This document shows positions 62,759 to 64,000 of a DNA stretch of 64,000 bases, in pieces. Position numbers and translations under genes: made by a program. This DNA comes from an uncultured Dehalococcoidia bacterium (GTDB lineage: Bacteria; Chloroflexota; Dehalococcoidia; Lucifugimonadales; UBA3495): the NCBI GenBank assembly GCA_964502995.1, contig CAZCZB010000005.1, positions 39,540 to 103,539 on the forward strand, in the 5' to 3' direction. The notes below the pieces were generated by a model, which was not told the DNA's origin, did not search any database, and saw nothing but the letters and a program-made list of their open reading frames with translations. Every line of letters starts with the position of its first letter. Position 1 is the stretch's first letter.

Positions 62759-63531
62759 TCGGTGTGGCCCGGCGGTGCGCGGTCGCCGGGTGGATGGTTG
62801 TTTGGCGGTGGCCCGGCGGGTTATTGGTGGATGGTTGTTTGGGTCTGGGATTGGAGGTTGGTGGGGGTTGGTTTCTTTTGGGTTGCGCGTGCGAGAGGTG
62901 ATGTTTTTGGTCGTTGTCAGCCCCACGGCCGGGGGGTTACGCATGGTTTTTGCCGCTACGGTTTGCGCCCGATGCGGCCTTGCGGCTGCGTCGGGACACC
63001 AGCGCTGCGGCGGGCGCTGTGTCGTTGGGACCACGGCGATTAGTGATTGATCGCGCGCTGGTCTTTCCGGACGGTCTGCGATTTTTGCTGCTGACGGGTG
63101 GCCGTAACGACCGACATCTCCTCTGGCACGACTTAAGGACGAAATCACGTGATGAGTTCATTATGGAACATGGGTTTCACGGCGCGCAACGGGGAGATGT
63201 CATTCACTCTCACCCGGTTTGCTGTCATTGACTGATCCACAGAGCCACGGCGTGGGGATTTTACGCAAAGGCGCAGAGACGCAAAGTGGCAACCGGCGGC
63301 TGTATGGATGGTTTCCGGCGCTGAATGCAATCTCCCGTTGGCATGAGGGCCAGGACGGTTTGATCAAACCGGGCGCGCGTGAGGCAGGTGACAGTGTTTT
63401 TGATGGATGGACGGGAGGGACGGGATTTGATTGGGGTTGCGAGCATTTCGCCGTATGTGGGGTAGAGCTACGGCGGGTCGGGATGGTGGGTGCGGGGCAT
63501 GTGTTCCAATCCGGCGGCGGTTGGGAGCAAC

Positions 63532-63551
63532 GGGCGGGTTTGAATCCCGCC
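63532..63551. repeat. Degenerate REP family B copy
   Basis: gggcgggtttgaatcccgcc. Confidence 0.6.
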
Positions 63552-63665
63552 ACTACGTGGCGATTTTCGTGTGCAGCCGGTTTGTGGGTTGGGAATGCTC
63601 CGCCGGGGTATTGCGGGCAACGATCCTGTTCGGGTGGTTTGCTGCTATCGATGCCATTGGCGTCG

Positions 63666-63693
63666 GTAGGGGCGAATAATTATTCGCCCCTAC
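63666..63693. repeat. REP family A, perfect 28-bp palindrome
   Basis: Identical to the copy at 7977-8004. Confidence 0.9.
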
Positions 63694-63696
63694 AAT

Positions 63697-63780
63697 GGAG
63701 GGCCGCTTGATATTCAACGCTCCGTCATTTGTCCGGGTGGAGGGCCGCTTAATATTCAACGCTCCGTCATTTGTCCGGGT
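63697..63780. repeat. Tandem 42-bp repeat (2 copies plus the start of a third)
   Basis: The unit ggagggccgctt[g/a]atattcaacgctccgtcatttgtccgggt occurs twice. Confidence 0.9.
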
Positions 63781-63859
63781 GGATGGAGCCCGCATGTCAT
63801 CACCCTGCTTCCCGATGGAATTACGGTGCATAATGCTTTTTTGACAGGAGATCCCGGCC

Positions 63860-64000
63860 ATGAAAATCAAGCATTTTCCTGACACCGACACTCTTTACAT
63901 TGAGCTTTTATCCGTGGAAGTTCACGAAACGCGGGACCTGAATGAAGATACTCTGCTGGACCTGGACGCAGACGGGAGGTTGTGTTCCATAACCATCGAG
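63860..64000 (+). CDS. DUF2283-family protein (antitoxin-like), truncated by the window end
   Basis: An ATG at 63860 is preceded by AGGAGA. MKIKHFPDTDTLYIELLSVEVHETRDLNEDTLLDLDADGRLCSITIE fits the DUF2283 pattern. Confidence 0.65.
   Translation, partial: MKIKHFPDTDTLYIELLSVEVHETRDLNEDTLLDLDADGRLCSITIE

Noticed and set aside
62618-63148. 176-aa minus-strand ORF in the G-rich tract
   Set aside because: The sequence is Pro/Thr/Arg/His-rich and low in complexity, generated by tandem repeats (HARPTSHAGPTRHARPTSHVGPT). It crosses REP copies and has no start context.

Overview
This 64 kb window is high-G+C bacterial chromosome, roughly mid-60s % G+C by eye. It is rich in CoA-transferase, thiolase, LLM-monooxygenase and ETF-type metabolism. 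REP-like palindromes occur in many intergenic spacers, and their translations (GANNYSPL, GFKPAPT/RFETCPY, FDRLTMSG) resemble those seen in Chloroflexota-like genomes; that taxonomic guess is inference only. I can support about 50 CDS. Housekeeping anchors are trpS, gyrA, plsY, ilvE, rph, pncB, an NAD-dependent formate dehydrogenase, a fused EtfB-EtfA, scoA/scoB-type CoA transferase subunits and an M16 peptidase. I found no rRNA, no foldable tRNA, no CRISPR array, and no transposase or integrase. The many long ORFs antisense to these genes look like high-GC shadow ORFs. Three short islets have visibly lower G+C (sampled 60-nt lines gave 30-33 G+C out of 60): 3090-5002, 52445-54087 and 57318-58925. 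Candidates for an undescribed system, in my order of interest: (1) a coupled DUF4365-like PD-(D/E)xK nuclease gene plus an unrecognisable 379-aa partner inserted just after rph (52445-54087). (2) A roughly 750-aa protein whose C-terminal half is a degenerate TrpRS with a 4-Cys motif but no KMSKS, in the same gene string as the canonical trpS (14861-17122). (3) An ABC-type ATPase coupled to a small Toprim/DUF4276-like protein (3090-5002). (4) Two mosaic tandem PaREP1/HEPN-like paralogues wedged inside a membrane glycosylation/flippase operon (25191-26294). (5) A catalytically dead class-I glutamine amidotransferase homologue overlapping gyrA by ATGA (21194-21862). (6) A pentapeptide-repeat/TIR fusion (59033-60322). 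Other oddities: a 190-bp MITE-like palindrome with 10-bp direct flanks; a G-rich, repeat-dense tract of about 1 kb with no credible ORF; an in-frame TGA at a domain junction; and a pair of giant FtsX permeases with no ATPase gene in the window. All family assignments come from motif recognition by eye, with no database search.
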